Of a stretch of 41,429 nt of DNA, positions 19,223 to 28,621 are shown in pieces. The DNA is from an uncultured Rhodospirillaceae bacterium (lineage in GTDB: Bacteria; Pseudomonadota; Alphaproteobacteria; UBA8366). The number at the start of each line of letters is the position of its first letter. Within the stretch, counting starts at the first letter, position 1. The stretch spans positions 1-41,429 of the forward strand of contig CAYYBI010000100.1 in the NCBI GenBank assembly GCA_964469835.1, given 5' to 3'. Under the pieces are notes generated by a model. The model worked only from the letters and a program-made list of their open reading frames with translations, had not been told where the DNA came from and made no database searches. The position numbers were made by a program, and so were the translations under genes.

Positions 19223-20218
19223 TCAGACGAAATGCGGTTGGCTGTACCGTCCGCCGCGGCGGTAGATGTCCAGATAGGTCGGTAGAATCACCTCGGCGGC
19301 AGTCGGCGCCACGCCGAGATCCTGCAACCCGGGCAGGTTTCCACTGACAATATTGTCCGTCTTGAGCAGGGTGACCTGATCGCGCGTCAAGGGCGGCACC
19401 GGAAGAAACTCGGCAAAAAACCCCATCAAGGAACCGGCCCAAAACGGCACCGGATTCAGGAACCGCCGCCGCCCGGTCTGTTCCATGACCAACCGCATCA
19501 GTTCGACGAAGCTATAGACGGTTGGGCCGCCGAGTTCATAGTCCTTGCCGTGGCAGGACGGCTCCGCCAGCGCCTTAAAAGCGGCATCCGCCACATCGCC
19601 GACATAGACCGGCTGAAACCGCGTGCCGCCGGAACCATACAAATCCAACTTGCCGTTGCTAAAGCGCGGAAACGGGCACCCGAAAACCGGCAAAACCGGC
19701 GACCAGCAGGCCATCCGGGCAAAGCGATTGAAAAAATCATCCTGCGGTCCGAAGACCACGCTGGGGCGCAGAATGACGGCGGCCGGCATATGCTTGCGCA
19801 CCGCTTCTTCGCCGAGCGCCTTGCTTCGCGCATAGGCAGATGACGAATTCTTGTCCGCGCCGAGCGCCGACATCTGAACGAAGGCATCGACGTTCGCGGC
19901 CTTCGCGGCGGCCGCGATACGCTCGGCGCCGCCGCGATGGACCGCATCGAATTTCTGCCGGCCGCGCTGATACAGAATACCTACCAGATTGACGACCGCA
20001 TCGGCGCCATCGACCGCCGCGCGCACTGACGCGTCGTCCCGGATGTTGGCCTGGACCGGTGTAATCTGACCGACATTGCCCATCGGCTTCAGCACCAATG
20101 CCCGTTGCGGGTCCCGTTCGGCGGCGCGAACTTGCGCACCCGCCGCGGCCATCCGTTGCACAATCTGCCGACCAATAAAACCGGATCCGCCAAAAACGGT
20201 TACGAGAAGCCCTTCCAT
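19223..20218 (-). CDS. complex I NDUFA9-like NAD(P)H-binding (extended SDR) family protein
   Basis: From the ATG at 20218 the product starts MEGLLVTVFGGSGFIGRQIV (GxxGxxG). The body, ...LRPSVVFGPQDDFFNRFA..., is typical of the alphaproteobacterial NDUFA9/39-kDa-subunit-like family. Confidence 0.8.
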   Translation of the reverse strand: MEGLLVTVFGGSGFIGRQIVQRMAAAGAQVRAAERDPQRALVLKPMGNVGQITPVQANIRDDASVRAAVDGADAVVNLVGILYQRGRQKFDAVHRGGAERIAAAAKAANVDAFVQMSALGADKNSSSAYARSKALGEEAVRKHMPAAVILRPSVVFGPQDDFFNRFARMACWSPVLPVFGCPFPRFSNGKLDLYGSGGTRFQPVYVGDVADAAFKALAEPSCHGKDYELGGPTVYSFVELMRLVMEQTGRRRFLNPVPFWAGSLMGFFAEFLPVPPLTRDQVTLLKTDNIVSGNLPGLQDLGVAPTAAEVILPTYLDIYRRGGRYSQPHFV

Positions 20219-20333
20219 ATCACCCCCAAAATCACCATCTCTGGTTTGGCCGCGACGCGGCGTCAATTAGGGCGCACCGGGCCGCGCGCAGCATAGCCGA
20301 CCCGCATGCTATAGAACAGAGACGTGAATCCAG

Positions 20334-20362
20334 TTGACATTATTCGTGGCAATGACCAAATT
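20334..20362 (+). promoter_or_regulatory. candidate promoter for tRNA-Leu
   Basis: Perfect -35 TTGACA (20334-20339), a 17-nt spacer, then CAAATT (20357-20362). This would place the transcription start a few nt before the mature tRNA 5' end at 20375. Confidence 0.35.
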
Positions 20363-20374
20363 TCGGCCCGCTGG

Positions 20375-20461
20375 GCCCAGGTGGCGGAATTGGTAGACGC
20401 GCAGGTTTCAGGTACCTGTGGGGGAAACCTCGTGGAAGTTCGAGTCTTCTCCTGGGCACCA
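20375..20461 (+). tRNA. tRNA-Leu (anticodon CAG), class II with long variable arm, CCA encoded
   Basis: Folded by hand. Acceptor stem GCCCAGG/CCTGGGC and D arm GCG-GAATTGGTAGA-CGC are present. The anticodon stem CAGGT/ACCTG carries loop TT-CAG-GT. There is a long variable arm, a T arm GGAAG-TTCGAGT-CTTCT, discriminator A and a CCA end. Confidence 0.93.
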
Positions 20462-20541
20462 CCAGCCCCATGCGAAGCGGCGCATACACGAACGGCCGAA
20501 CGGCGCACCGCCACGCCACGCATACAGCCTGGAGGAAGACG

Positions 20542-21156
20542 GTGACGATCCATCTCCATCAGGGCGATCTGCCCGAAGGGCTAGACTTCAAAGGCAGCAT
20601 TGCCGTCGACACGGAAACGATGGGGCTCGATCCGTTGCGCGACCGATTGTGCCTCGTGCAGCTGTCCGACGGCGGCGGCGACGGCCATCTGGTACAGTTC
20701 GCGCCCGACGCCTATGACGCGCCGAACCTGAAGCGGCTGCTGGCGGATACCGATATTGTCAAACTGTTCCATTTCGCGCGCTTCGATCTCGCCGTGCTCA
20801 AACACCATCTCGGCGTTGAGTGCCAGCCGGTGTATTGCACCAAGATTGCATCGCGGCTGGTCCGCACTTACACCGACCGGCATGGCCTCAAAGATCTGTG
20901 CAAGGAACTGCTCGGCGTCGACATCTCCAAGCAGCAACAATCGTCGGATTGGGGTAACGACACGCTCAGCGACGAGCAAAAACAATATGCCGCCGGCGAC
21001 GTGCTGTACCTGCATCAGATCAAACAACGGCTGGACGAAATGCTCGGGCGCGAAGGCCGCGCGGATCTGGCCGAGGCGGCGTTCCGGTTCTTGCCGGTGC
21101 GGGCGACGCTCGATCTGAGCGGTTATCGCGACATGGACATTTTCGCACACAGCTAG
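20542..21156 (+). CDS. rnd: ribonuclease D-like 3'-5' exonuclease (short form)
   Basis: GTG at 20542 is preceded by GGAGGA. The product has DEDD motifs VDTETMGL (ExoI), KLFHFARFDL (ExoII) and YAAGDVLYLHQI (ExoIII). The track's longer start at 20470 lacks an SD and abuts the tRNA. Confidence 0.85.
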   Translation: MTIHLHQGDLPEGLDFKGSIAVDTETMGLDPLRDRLCLVQLSDGGGDGHLVQFAPDAYDAPNLKRLLADTDIVKLFHFARFDLAVLKHHLGVECQPVYCTKIASRLVRTYTDRHGLKDLCKELLGVDISKQQQSSDWGNDTLSDEQKQYAAGDVLYLHQIKQRLDEMLGREGRADLAEAAFRFLPVRATLDLSGYRDMDIFAHS

Positions 21157-21182
21157 AGATCGGCCGGCACAAACCGGGTTCA

Positions 21183-21211
21183 TTGACCCTTAACACATGC
21201 GGTTGCATAAT
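21183..21211 (+). promoter_or_regulatory. candidate sigma-70 promoter for kpsF-lptCAB(-rpoN)
   Basis: TTGACC (21183-21188), a 17-nt spacer, then CATAAT (21206-21211). It is about 140 nt upstream of the kpsF ATG in an otherwise non-coding gap. Confidence 0.4.
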
Positions 21212-21353
21212 TTTTTGCCGTCGGGCACCCGCCGTACCATGACGAACGGCGCCGACCGAAGGGCCAAGGGTAGGAAATAGTGATAGAGATTTGTACCGAC
21301 CCCAAGCCGCAAGAGCAGCGACATCCGCTGAGCATTGCGATAGTCTGGCCATC

Positions 21354-22376
21354 ATGAGCGCGCCAAAACGCACGAAATCCAAGACTGCGACGGGCGCGGC
21401 GTCGAAGGACCTCGCCTCCGCGACCCGGGTTCTCCGTCTCGAAGCGGAAGGGCTCGAGGTGATGGCCGACCTGCTCGACGAGTCGTTTTCCACGGCGGTG
21501 GGCATTTTGGAGGCGGTGACCGGCCGCATCATTATGACCGGTATGGGCAAGAACGGACCAATCGCGGGCAAGATCGCCGCGACCCTCGCGTCCACCGGCA
21601 GCCCGGCCGCTTACGTGCACCCTTCGGAAGCCAGCCATGGCGACCTCGGCATGATCACGCGCGGCGACGCGGTGGTGGCGCTGTCCAATTCGGGCGAAAC
21701 CACGGAGCTCCGCGACATCCTGGAATATTCACGCCGGTTTTCGATACCGATGATCGCCATTACAGGCAATCCGACGAGCACCCTGGCGGAAATGTCCGAC
21801 GTCGTGCTTGTCCTGCCAAACGTGCCGGAAGCCTGCCCGATGGGATTGGCGCCGACGACCTCGACCACCGCTAGCCTGGCGCTTGGCGATGCGCTGGCGG
21901 TGGCGTTGCTGGAACGAAAGGGATTTTCCGCGCAGGATTTCCGGGTTCTACATCCCGGCGGCAAATTGGGCAGCAGCCTGGTCCGGGTCGCTGACCTCAT
22001 GCATACCGGTGACGAAATTCCGCTCGCAACGACCGCCACGCCGATGAGCGAAGCGATGCTGACCATGACAGAGAAACGCCAGGGCTGCATTGGCATCATT
22101 GACGAGTCCCGACGCCTGATCGGAATCATCACCGATGGCGATCTCCGGCGGCATATGGACGATACGATCCTGCAAAAAACAGCCGGTGAAATCATGACGC
22201 TGGCGCCGCGTACGATCCGGCCACAAGCCTTGGCCGCGGAGGCGATGGCGACGATGGTGATGGGCGATAGGCCGATTACGAATTTGTTTGTCATTGAGGA
22301 GTCTAAGAACTCCGACAACCCTGTGCCGATCGGCATCCTGCATATGAACGACTGCCTTATCGCCGGCGTCGCCTGA
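21354..22376 (+). CDS. kpsF: arabinose-5-phosphate isomerase (KpsF/GutQ family)
   Basis: SIS domain (GRIIMTGMGKNGPIAGKIAATLASTGSPA) is followed by a tandem CBS pair. It sits at the head of the lptCAB-rpoN block, as is typical. Confidence 0.9.
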   Translation: MSAPKRTKSKTATGAASKDLASATRVLRLEAEGLEVMADLLDESFSTAVGILEAVTGRIIMTGMGKNGPIAGKIAATLASTGSPAAYVHPSEASHGDLGMITRGDAVVALSNSGETTELRDILEYSRRFSIPMIAITGNPTSTLAEMSDVVLVLPNVPEACPMGLAPTTSTTASLALGDALAVALLERKGFSAQDFRVLHPGGKLGSSLVRVADLMHTGDEIPLATTATPMSEAMLTMTEKRQGCIGIIDESRRLIGIITDGDLRRHMDDTILQKTAGEIMTLAPRTIRPQALAAEAMATMVMGDRPITNLFVIEESKNSDNPVPIGILHMNDCLIAGVA

Positions 22377-22413
22377 TCCGGTGGCGAAGAACGTGGAGAT
22401 CGCCGTGGGCGCA

Positions 22414-23073
22414 ATGTCCGACGCACCGTCAAGCTATCGCAAGCTGAACATCTCCAGCAGCAGGTCGACCCATGTATCGCGCCGCTATGGCCGTTTTGTC
22501 GGCTTAATGCGCGTTCTCCTGCCCACGATCGCCGCCGCCCTCATCGTAATCGTTGCAATGTGGCCGCAATTCAGCGACCAACAAAGCCGGTTTTCGATCG
22601 CTCCGGCAAAAGTCGATCACCGCGCCGTCAAGAATTTGACGATGGTGAACGGGGTCTATACCGGTGTCGACGAGAAGCGGCGCCCCTATACCGTAACCTC
22701 CGAAGCGGTCAGCCTCGCCAACCTCAAATCCCCAAAGATTTCGCTGACCGGCCCGAAAGCCGACATTTTGATGGAAAACGGCGCTTGGGTCGCCGTAACG
22801 GCGGATGCCGGCAAATTCCACAAAGATACGAAAAAGCTGGTTCTGATCGGAAATGTCAGCCTGTTTCACGATAGCGGATACGAATTTCGCACCCAGAAAT
22901 TATCGGTCGATCTCGCCAAAGGCAATGCGCAGGGCGACACGGCGGTCAAGGGACAAGGACCGTTCGGCAGCCTCGAGGCGCAAGGCTTCCGGGCGCATAA
23001 TCGAGGCGAGCGGGTAATCTTCACCGGCAAGGCCAAACTCGTGCTTTATCCGGGCAAGGTCCCCGGAGGATGA
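22414..23073 (+). CDS. lptC: LPS export system protein LptC
   Basis: A single N-terminal TM segment (LLPTIAAALIVIVAMW) is followed by a beta-rich periplasmic domain. Its position between kpsF and lptA supports the call. The start is uncertain (GTG 22381 or ATG 22414). Its stop overlaps the lptA ATG (ATGA). Confidence 0.7.
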   Translation: MSDAPSSYRKLNISSSRSTHVSRRYGRFVGLMRVLLPTIAAALIVIVAMWPQFSDQQSRFSIAPAKVDHRAVKNLTMVNGVYTGVDEKRRPYTVTSEAVSLANLKSPKISLTGPKADILMENGAWVAVTADAGKFHKDTKKLVLIGNVSLFHDSGYEFRTQKLSVDLAKGNAQGDTAVKGQGPFGSLEAQGFRAHNRGERVIFTGKAKLVLYPGKVPGG

Positions 23074-23963
23074 GGAAATTGCCGGGATTGTCGGCTTCCC
23101 GCATCGGCTCCATTGCAGCTCTAATGGTGATCACAGTGCTGACGACGACCGCAGCGCGAGCGCAAAACCTGTTCTCCCAGGGCGGCAACCAACCGGTAAC
23201 CATCCGAGCCGACAACGGCATCGAATGGATTCGCGACCAACGAAAATACATCGCGCGCGGCAACGCCACTGCCGCTCGCGACAACGCGACGATCAAGGCG
23301 GATCTGTTGACGGCCTATTACCGGGAAAAAGCCACCGGCAAGGGCCAGGAAATTTTTCGCGTCGAAGCCATCGGCAACGTCAAGATCACGGCGAACGAAC
23401 AGGAAGCGGTCGGGGACAAGGCGGTCTATGACATCGACCAGGCGTTATTTGTCCTGAAAGGCAAGAATCTGCATTTCCGGTCCAAGCAGGGCATCCTGAC
23501 CGCCCGGGACAGTCTGGAGTACTGGGAGGGCAAACGTCTCGCCGTTGCGCGCGGCGATGCGGTGGTGGTGCGTGACGATCAACGCATCCGCGCCGACGTG
23601 ATGACCGCCCATATCGAAGACCAGGCACCCTCGAAATCCACCAAACCCGCGAAGACAAAGACGCCGACAAAGAAGGCCACGAAGAACGAAAAGGCCGAAG
23701 ACCCATTCGAAGGGTCCCGCATTCGCCAGATCGATGCCTTCGGAAATGTTCATGTATCCATGAGCAAAGGCATTGTGCGCGGAGATACCGCCGTGTATGA
23801 ACCCGCGAAGGGCATAGCGACAATTTGTGGTAGTGTAAGCATCACCAGTGGCAAGAATCAGCTGAATGGTCAATGCGCCGACGTTAACCTCAAGACGGGC
23901 ATATACCGAATGAAAGGACGCGCGTCGGGTCTGGTAATGCCGACACGGAAAACGAAACCCTGA
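23070..23963 (+). CDS. lptA: LPS transport periplasmic protein LptA (OstA family), unusually long
   Basis: Signal peptide (IAALMVITVLTTTAARA|Q) is followed by repeated OstA-like strands (VTIRAD..., A.GNV.I..., RIRADVMTAHI...). It lies between lptC and lptB. It is 297 aa and contains a Lys/Thr/Pro-rich insert. Confidence 0.8.
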   Translation: MRKLPGLSASRIGSIAALMVITVLTTTAARAQNLFSQGGNQPVTIRADNGIEWIRDQRKYIARGNATAARDNATIKADLLTAYYREKATGKGQEIFRVEAIGNVKITANEQEAVGDKAVYDIDQALFVLKGKNLHFRSKQGILTARDSLEYWEGKRLAVARGDAVVVRDDQRIRADVMTAHIEDQAPSKSTKPAKTKTPTKKATKNEKAEDPFEGSRIRQIDAFGNVHVSMSKGIVRGDTAVYEPAKGIATICGSVSITSGKNQLNGQCADVNLKTGIYRMKGRASGLVMPTRKTKP

Positions 23964-24003
23964 AGCCGCCGTATTTCAGACGGTGTATTGTGGATAGCAG
24001 GTA

Positions 24004-24783
<780 letters not shown>

Positions 24784-24800
24784 GCGCCGAGCAACCTCCC

Positions 24801-26381
24801 ATGGCTCTGACACCGCGACTGGACCTGCGGCAATCCCAATCCCTGGTGATGACGCCCCAGCTTCAGCAGGCGATCAAGCTGCTGCAGCTTTCCAGCGCGG
24901 ACCTCGCCGCCTATGTGGAGGAAGAACTTCAGCAAAATCCGATGCTGGAGCCCGACGACCGCGCCGAGCAGGACCGTCACGGGGCGGAACGGGAACGGGA
25001 CGGCGCCAACAATGATGACGGACCGGCGCCAGGCGACGGTATCGCCGAGGATTCATTAAGGGCCGATACACTGGCCATGACCGACACCGACACCATGCCG
25101 GCAGAGAATAGCAGCCCACTCGATATCGAGCACGACACCGTTTGGTCGGAATCGGGCCCTGGCGACAGCGAGATCTCCGCGCCGCAAGAGTATCAGGGCT
25201 TGGAAGCCGGATCCTTGGGTCCTGGCGGCCGGAACAGCGGCGGGAACAACGACTTCTCGGAACGGACGGGCAACCTCGAAGCGACGCTGAGCGAAGCGCC
25301 GACGCTACGGGCGCATCTCACCGGGCAATTGGTCATGGACGTGCACGATCCGGTCGACCGGTTCATCGGCGCCTACTGCATAGAAGCATTGGATGAGTCC
25401 GGCTGGCTGACAGAAACATGCGAACAGGTTGCCGAGAAGTTGAGCTGCTCGCTTGACCGGGTGAAAGCCGTGCTGGACCGTCTGCATCGTTTCGATCCGC
25501 CCGGTATTTTCGCCCGTAATCTCAGGGAATGCCTCGCGCTGCAATTGCGCGATCTCGACCGCCTCGACCCAGCCATGGAGGCACTGCTCGACAATCTTGA
25601 ATTGCTCGCCAAACATGACCAATTGGCGCTGCTCAAGGCGTGCGGCGTCGATGCCGAAGACCTAGCCGACATGGTGGCGGAAATTCGTGCGCTGAACCCA
25701 AAACCGGCACAGGCCTTCGATCACGAAGTGGTGCAGACAGTTACGCCGGATATCCTGATGCGACCGCATCCGGATGGCGGCTGGACGGTGGAATTGAATT
25801 CGGAAACCCTGCCCCGCGTCCTCGTCAACAGTGAATACTACGCGCGCATTCGCCGCGACGTTCGAAACAAGCAGGAACGCGAGTACATCAACGACTGTTT
25901 TCATTCCGCGAATTGGCTCGTCAAAGCCCTGCATCAGCGCGCCACCACCATCCTGAAGGTCGCCAGTGAAATCGTTCGCCAACAGGATGCATTTTTCCGC
26001 AAGGGCATCGAGCATATGAAGCCTTTAGTTTTGCGAGATATTGCCGAGGAAATCGAGATGCATGAGAGCACGGTCAGCCGCGTAACCTCCAACAAGTACA
26101 TCCATACGCCGCGCGGCCTGTTCGAGTTGAAATACTTCTTCTCGGCGGCGATCAGCGATGTGGCCGGCGGCACGACCCATTCCGCAGAAGCGGTGCGATT
26201 TCGAATTAAATCATTGATCGAGGCCGAAACGCCGAGGGAGGTGCTGTCGGACGACCGAGTCGTGGAAATTCTAAAAGAGGACGGGGTCGATATCGCCCGC
26301 CGGACAGTAGCAAAATATCGTGAAGCCATGAAAATTCCTTCTTCCGTGCAACGGCGGAGAATCAAAAACCAAGCGTTTTAA
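24801..26381 (+). CDS. rpoN: RNA polymerase sigma-54 factor
   Basis: Region I reads MALTPRLDLRQSQSLVMTPQLQQAIKLLQLS and is followed by an acidic region II. The C-terminal HTH and the RpoN box ARRTVAKYRE are present. Confidence 0.97.
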   Translation: MALTPRLDLRQSQSLVMTPQLQQAIKLLQLSSADLAAYVEEELQQNPMLEPDDRAEQDRHGAERERDGANNDDGPAPGDGIAEDSLRADTLAMTDTDTMPAENSSPLDIEHDTVWSESGPGDSEISAPQEYQGLEAGSLGPGGRNSGGNNDFSERTGNLEATLSEAPTLRAHLTGQLVMDVHDPVDRFIGAYCIEALDESGWLTETCEQVAEKLSCSLDRVKAVLDRLHRFDPPGIFARNLRECLALQLRDLDRLDPAMEALLDNLELLAKHDQLALLKACGVDAEDLADMVAEIRALNPKPAQAFDHEVVQTVTPDILMRPHPDGGWTVELNSETLPRVLVNSEYYARIRRDVRNKQEREYINDCFHSANWLVKALHQRATTILKVASEIVRQQDAFFRKGIEHMKPLVLRDIAEEIEMHESTVSRVTSNKYIHTPRGLFELKYFFSAAISDVAGGTTHSAEAVRFRIKSLIEAETPREVLSDDRVVEILKEDGVDIARRTVAKYREAMKIPSSVQRRRIKNQAF

Positions 26382-26390
26382 ATTCCATGA

Positions 26391-26493
26391 AGAATCCCGA
26401 TTCGGTGGTAGCACGCGGCTGGTCTTACGCCCACCAGCCTGTTGACACCACCGGGCCGCCTGCTTATCGTCCGGCCCCTCAGAATCGGGATTT
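26391..26493 (+). other. ~103-nt multi-helix element in the rpoN-hpf spacer (candidate structured RNA or MITE-like repeat)
   Basis: A perfect 11-bp long-range inverted repeat AATCCCGATTC (26393-26403) / GAATCGGGATT (26482-26492) encloses three nested stems. These are GGTGGT/ACCACC (26404-09 / 26447-52), GGCTGGT/ACCAGCC (26417-23 / 26433-39) and GGGCCG/CGGCCC (26453-58 / 26472-77). Confidence 0.35.
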
Positions 26494-26541
26494 GAGATTG
26501 CGCTTAGTTACGAGGCGTCTAACGACCCGAGACAGGGATAA

Positions 26542-27126
26542 ATGCAGCTAACAATCAATGGTAAACAGCTCGACGTGGGCGCTTCCTTGCGTGAACATAT
26601 TGAGCACGAAATTCCGTCGGTCGTCGGGAAATACTTTGAAAACCCGACGGACGCAAGCGTCACCCTTTCCAAGGAGGGGGCGTCTTTTCGTGTCGATATC
26701 GCGGTGCATGTGGGTAAGAGCATATTGGTGCAAGGGCATGCCGTTTCCGGCGACCCCTATGGGTCGTTCAACAAAGCGGCCGAACATGTCGGGAAACGTC
26801 TGCGCCGTTACAAACGACGCCTCCGCGATCACCATCGCGGACGAACCAACAAAGGCCACCTTGCCGCAGCGCAATACGTATTGGCCGCGGAAGCGGAGGT
26901 TGAACCGGAAGCGCAGAACCATCCCGAACCCGACCAGCCGATTATCATTGCGGAAATGGAGTCGGAAATCGAAACCTTGACTGTCGGTGAGGCGGTAATG
27001 CGAATGGATCTCGCCAACCAGTCGGCATTGATGTTTCGCAGCCTTACCCATGGCGGGTTGAATATGGTTTATATGCGAAATGACGGTAATATTGGATGGA
27101 TCGATCCGCAAAGCGAAGACAAGTAA
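26542..27126 (+). CDS. hpf: ribosome hibernation promoting factor (long form)
   Basis: MQLTINGKQLDVG.SLREHIE... is a sigma-54 modulation protein/S30EA N-domain. A C-terminal dimerisation domain follows (TLTVGEAVMRMDL...MFR....GGLNMVY.R.DGNIGWI). It is in the conserved position after rpoN. Confidence 0.93.
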   Translation: MQLTINGKQLDVGASLREHIEHEIPSVVGKYFENPTDASVTLSKEGASFRVDIAVHVGKSILVQGHAVSGDPYGSFNKAAEHVGKRLRRYKRRLRDHHRGRTNKGHLAAAQYVLAAEAEVEPEAQNHPEPDQPIIIAEMESEIETLTVGEAVMRMDLANQSALMFRSLTHGGLNMVYMRNDGNIGWIDPQSEDK

Positions 27127-27162
27127 ACGCCGGGATCAGCCTGTAAGCGAAAGATCGAATTG

Positions 27163-27627
27163 ATGGAAATTGTAAATCTTCTTACGCCGGACGGAATCGT
27201 TCCGAATCTTCGCGCCACCTCGAAGAAGCAGGCGTTACAGGAACTCGCCAAGAATGCGGCCGAGATCACTGGCCTGCACGAGCGTGTTATCTTCGACGTG
27301 CTGCTTGAACGCGAGCGACTTGGCACGACCGGCGTCGGCAACGGCATCGCGATTCCACACGGCAAGCTCTCCGGAATCGATCGGCTGCACGGCGTATTCG
27401 CCCGCCTGGAGACCGGTATCGACTTCGAAGCCATCGACGAGCGGCCGGTCGATTTAATATTTATGCTGCTTGCGCCCGAAAACGCCGGCGCGGATCACCT
27501 AAAGGCGCTGGCGCGGGTTTCCCGGCTGCTTCGGGACACCGTCATTTGCGAAAAATTGCGGGGTTCCGACAAGGCCGAAGCGCTTTATGCACTCCTCACG
27601 GAAACCGCCACGAGCCACGCCGCGTAA
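27163..27627 (+). CDS. ptsN: PTS IIA-like nitrogen regulatory protein PtsN (EIIA-Ntr)
   Basis: Contains ERERLGTTGVGNGIAIPHGKL, the EIIA-Ntr phosphorylatable His motif. It follows hpf as in most proteobacteria. The ATG at 27163 is one codon inside the TTG used by the track. Confidence 0.92.
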   Translation: MEIVNLLTPDGIVPNLRATSKKQALQELAKNAAEITGLHERVIFDVLLERERLGTTGVGNGIAIPHGKLSGIDRLHGVFARLETGIDFEAIDERPVDLIFMLLAPENAGADHLKALARVSRLLRDTVICEKLRGSDKAEALYALLTETATSHAA

Positions 27628-27633
27628 GGCGGC

Positions 27634-27855
27634 TCAGTGAACGCTAACGGTGTAGAAACTGTTTTCGTGGGCCGCAAGGACGGCGGTCTCGAAATCCTCG
27701 GCAATCGCAATCTGCCGGCCGTCCGCCGACGTGACCGCAAACAGAGTTTCTTTTTCAAGAAAGATTGGCCGGACGTAAGCCAGATCGTCGGCGCCGAGTT
27801 GTGCCAGGTCCTGCTCCGAGATGTCGCGAAGTCGTTCATTGTTAACCATTATCAT
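27634..27855 (-). CDS. DUF1150 family protein
   Basis: 73-aa ORF with LAYVRP...FAV.SADG..IA.A.....A...A.......VSVH, ending in VSVH. This matches my recollection of DUF1150. It lies 17 nt downstream of hsp20, the usual partner in alphaproteobacteria. Confidence 0.75.
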   Translation of the reverse strand: MIMVNNERLRDISEQDLAQLGADDLAYVRPIFLEKETLFAVTSADGRQIAIAEDFETAVLAAHENSFYTVSVH

Positions 27856-27872
27856 CTCCTTATGCGACCACT

Positions 27873-28337
27873 CTAGGTGGAGTCTACGACCAGCTTCCTT
27901 GCCGATTTCTTAACGCCGTCGCCCGCCCGGGATTTGATTTCTACGCGCCGCACCCGGCTCTCCGGCTCCGGCCGCAATAACTCTATATGTAACAACCCAT
28001 TGTCCATTTCGGCGCCGCTCACTTCGAGGCCGTCAGCGAGCACGAAGGCCCGCTGGAACTGACGGGCCGCGATGCCCCGATGAAGGAAAACCCGTTCGCC
28101 GCCGTCATCCGGCCGGTTGCCTTGGATGATCAGTTGGTTGTCGACGATCTCGATCGACAAATCTTTCTCGGCGAAGCCCGCAACGGCAAGCGTAATACGC
28201 AGCCGATCGCGGTCGATCTGTTCGATATTGTAGGGCGGATATCCTTCCGCCGATTTCTTGGAAACGTGGTCCAGCGTCCGTTCGAAATGCTCGAATCCGA
28301 GCAAAAGCGGACTGTCGAACAAGGTCATGCGCGCCAT
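27873..28337 (-). CDS. Hsp20/alpha-crystallin family small heat-shock protein (IbpA-like)
   Basis: The alpha-crystallin domain reads GYPPYNIEQIDRDRLRITLAVAGF...DLSIEIVDNQLIIQG...RVFLHRGIA.R.F.R.F.LAD..EV..A...NGLL.I.L. The start is assigned to the ATG at 28337, 9 nt after GAGGAGGAG. ATG 28328 and the track start 28373 are alternatives. Confidence 0.9.
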   Translation of the reverse strand: MARMTLFDSPLLLGFEHFERTLDHVSKKSAEGYPPYNIEQIDRDRLRITLAVAGFAEKDLSIEIVDNQLIIQGNRPDDGGERVFLHRGIAARQFQRAFVLADGLEVSGAEMDNGLLHIELLRPEPESRVRRVEIKSRAGDGVKKSARKLVVDST

Positions 28338-28445
28338 TCTGCAGCTCCTCCTCTTGTATGAGCGAGTGGCCATGCGAGCGGAAAACCGCCCTTTTTGAGC
28401 CCGAAAACCGGCACTCTGTTGCGGCGCATACGAAATCCCGCCGCC
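28338..28445 (-). promoter_or_regulatory. candidate ROSE-like RNA thermometer (structured hsp20 5' UTR)
   Basis: The predicted ~108-nt leader contains stems GCGGCG/CGCCGC and GGGCGG-UUUU-CCGCUC. A final hairpin pairs CUCGCUC (28366-28360) with the SD GAGGAG, leaving a single unpaired G. That geometry resembles ROSE elements, which are known upstream of alphaproteobacterial hsp20 genes. Confidence 0.35.
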
Positions 28446-28451
28446 CGGCAG

Positions 28452-28478
28452 ATATAGGGATTATCGCGCGCGTTTCAA
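28452..28478 (-). promoter_or_regulatory. RpoH (sigma-32)-type heat-shock promoter for hsp20-DUF1150
   Basis: The minus strand reads gTTGAAA-cgcgcgcgataat-CCCTATAT. It fits the E. coli sigma-32 consensus CTTGAAA-N13-15-CCCCATNT. It also fits the alphaproteobacterial form CTTG-N17-18-CYTATNT (here GTTG-N17-CCTATAT). It lies about 115 nt upstream of the hsp20 ATG. Confidence 0.55.
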
Positions 28479-28621
28479 CGCTGCGCCGTCAAACGGCCGT
28501 TAGCCAAGGCGCCGCGCATTGCCCAATGCCCGGCCAGCCCCTCGGCAACCGGCGACGCCGCGTTCGCCTGATCGGCCACCGTCATCGGGTCACAGATGAT
28601 TCGGCCTCCTCACCTTGCCGT

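Noticed and set aside
20375-22376. tRNA-Leu as an integration site for a genomic island
   Set aside because: No integrase, direct repeat of the tRNA 3' end or compositional shift is present. The downstream genes (rnd, kpsF, lpt, rpoN) are core housekeeping genes.
28480-28621. 35-codon minus-strand ORF (MTVADQANAASPVAEGLAGHW...) between the MmgE/PrpD gene and the hsp20 promoter
   Set aside because: The nearest SD-like sequence is 19 nt from the ATG. The peptide has no features, and the ORF ends inside the -35 region of the hsp20 promoter.
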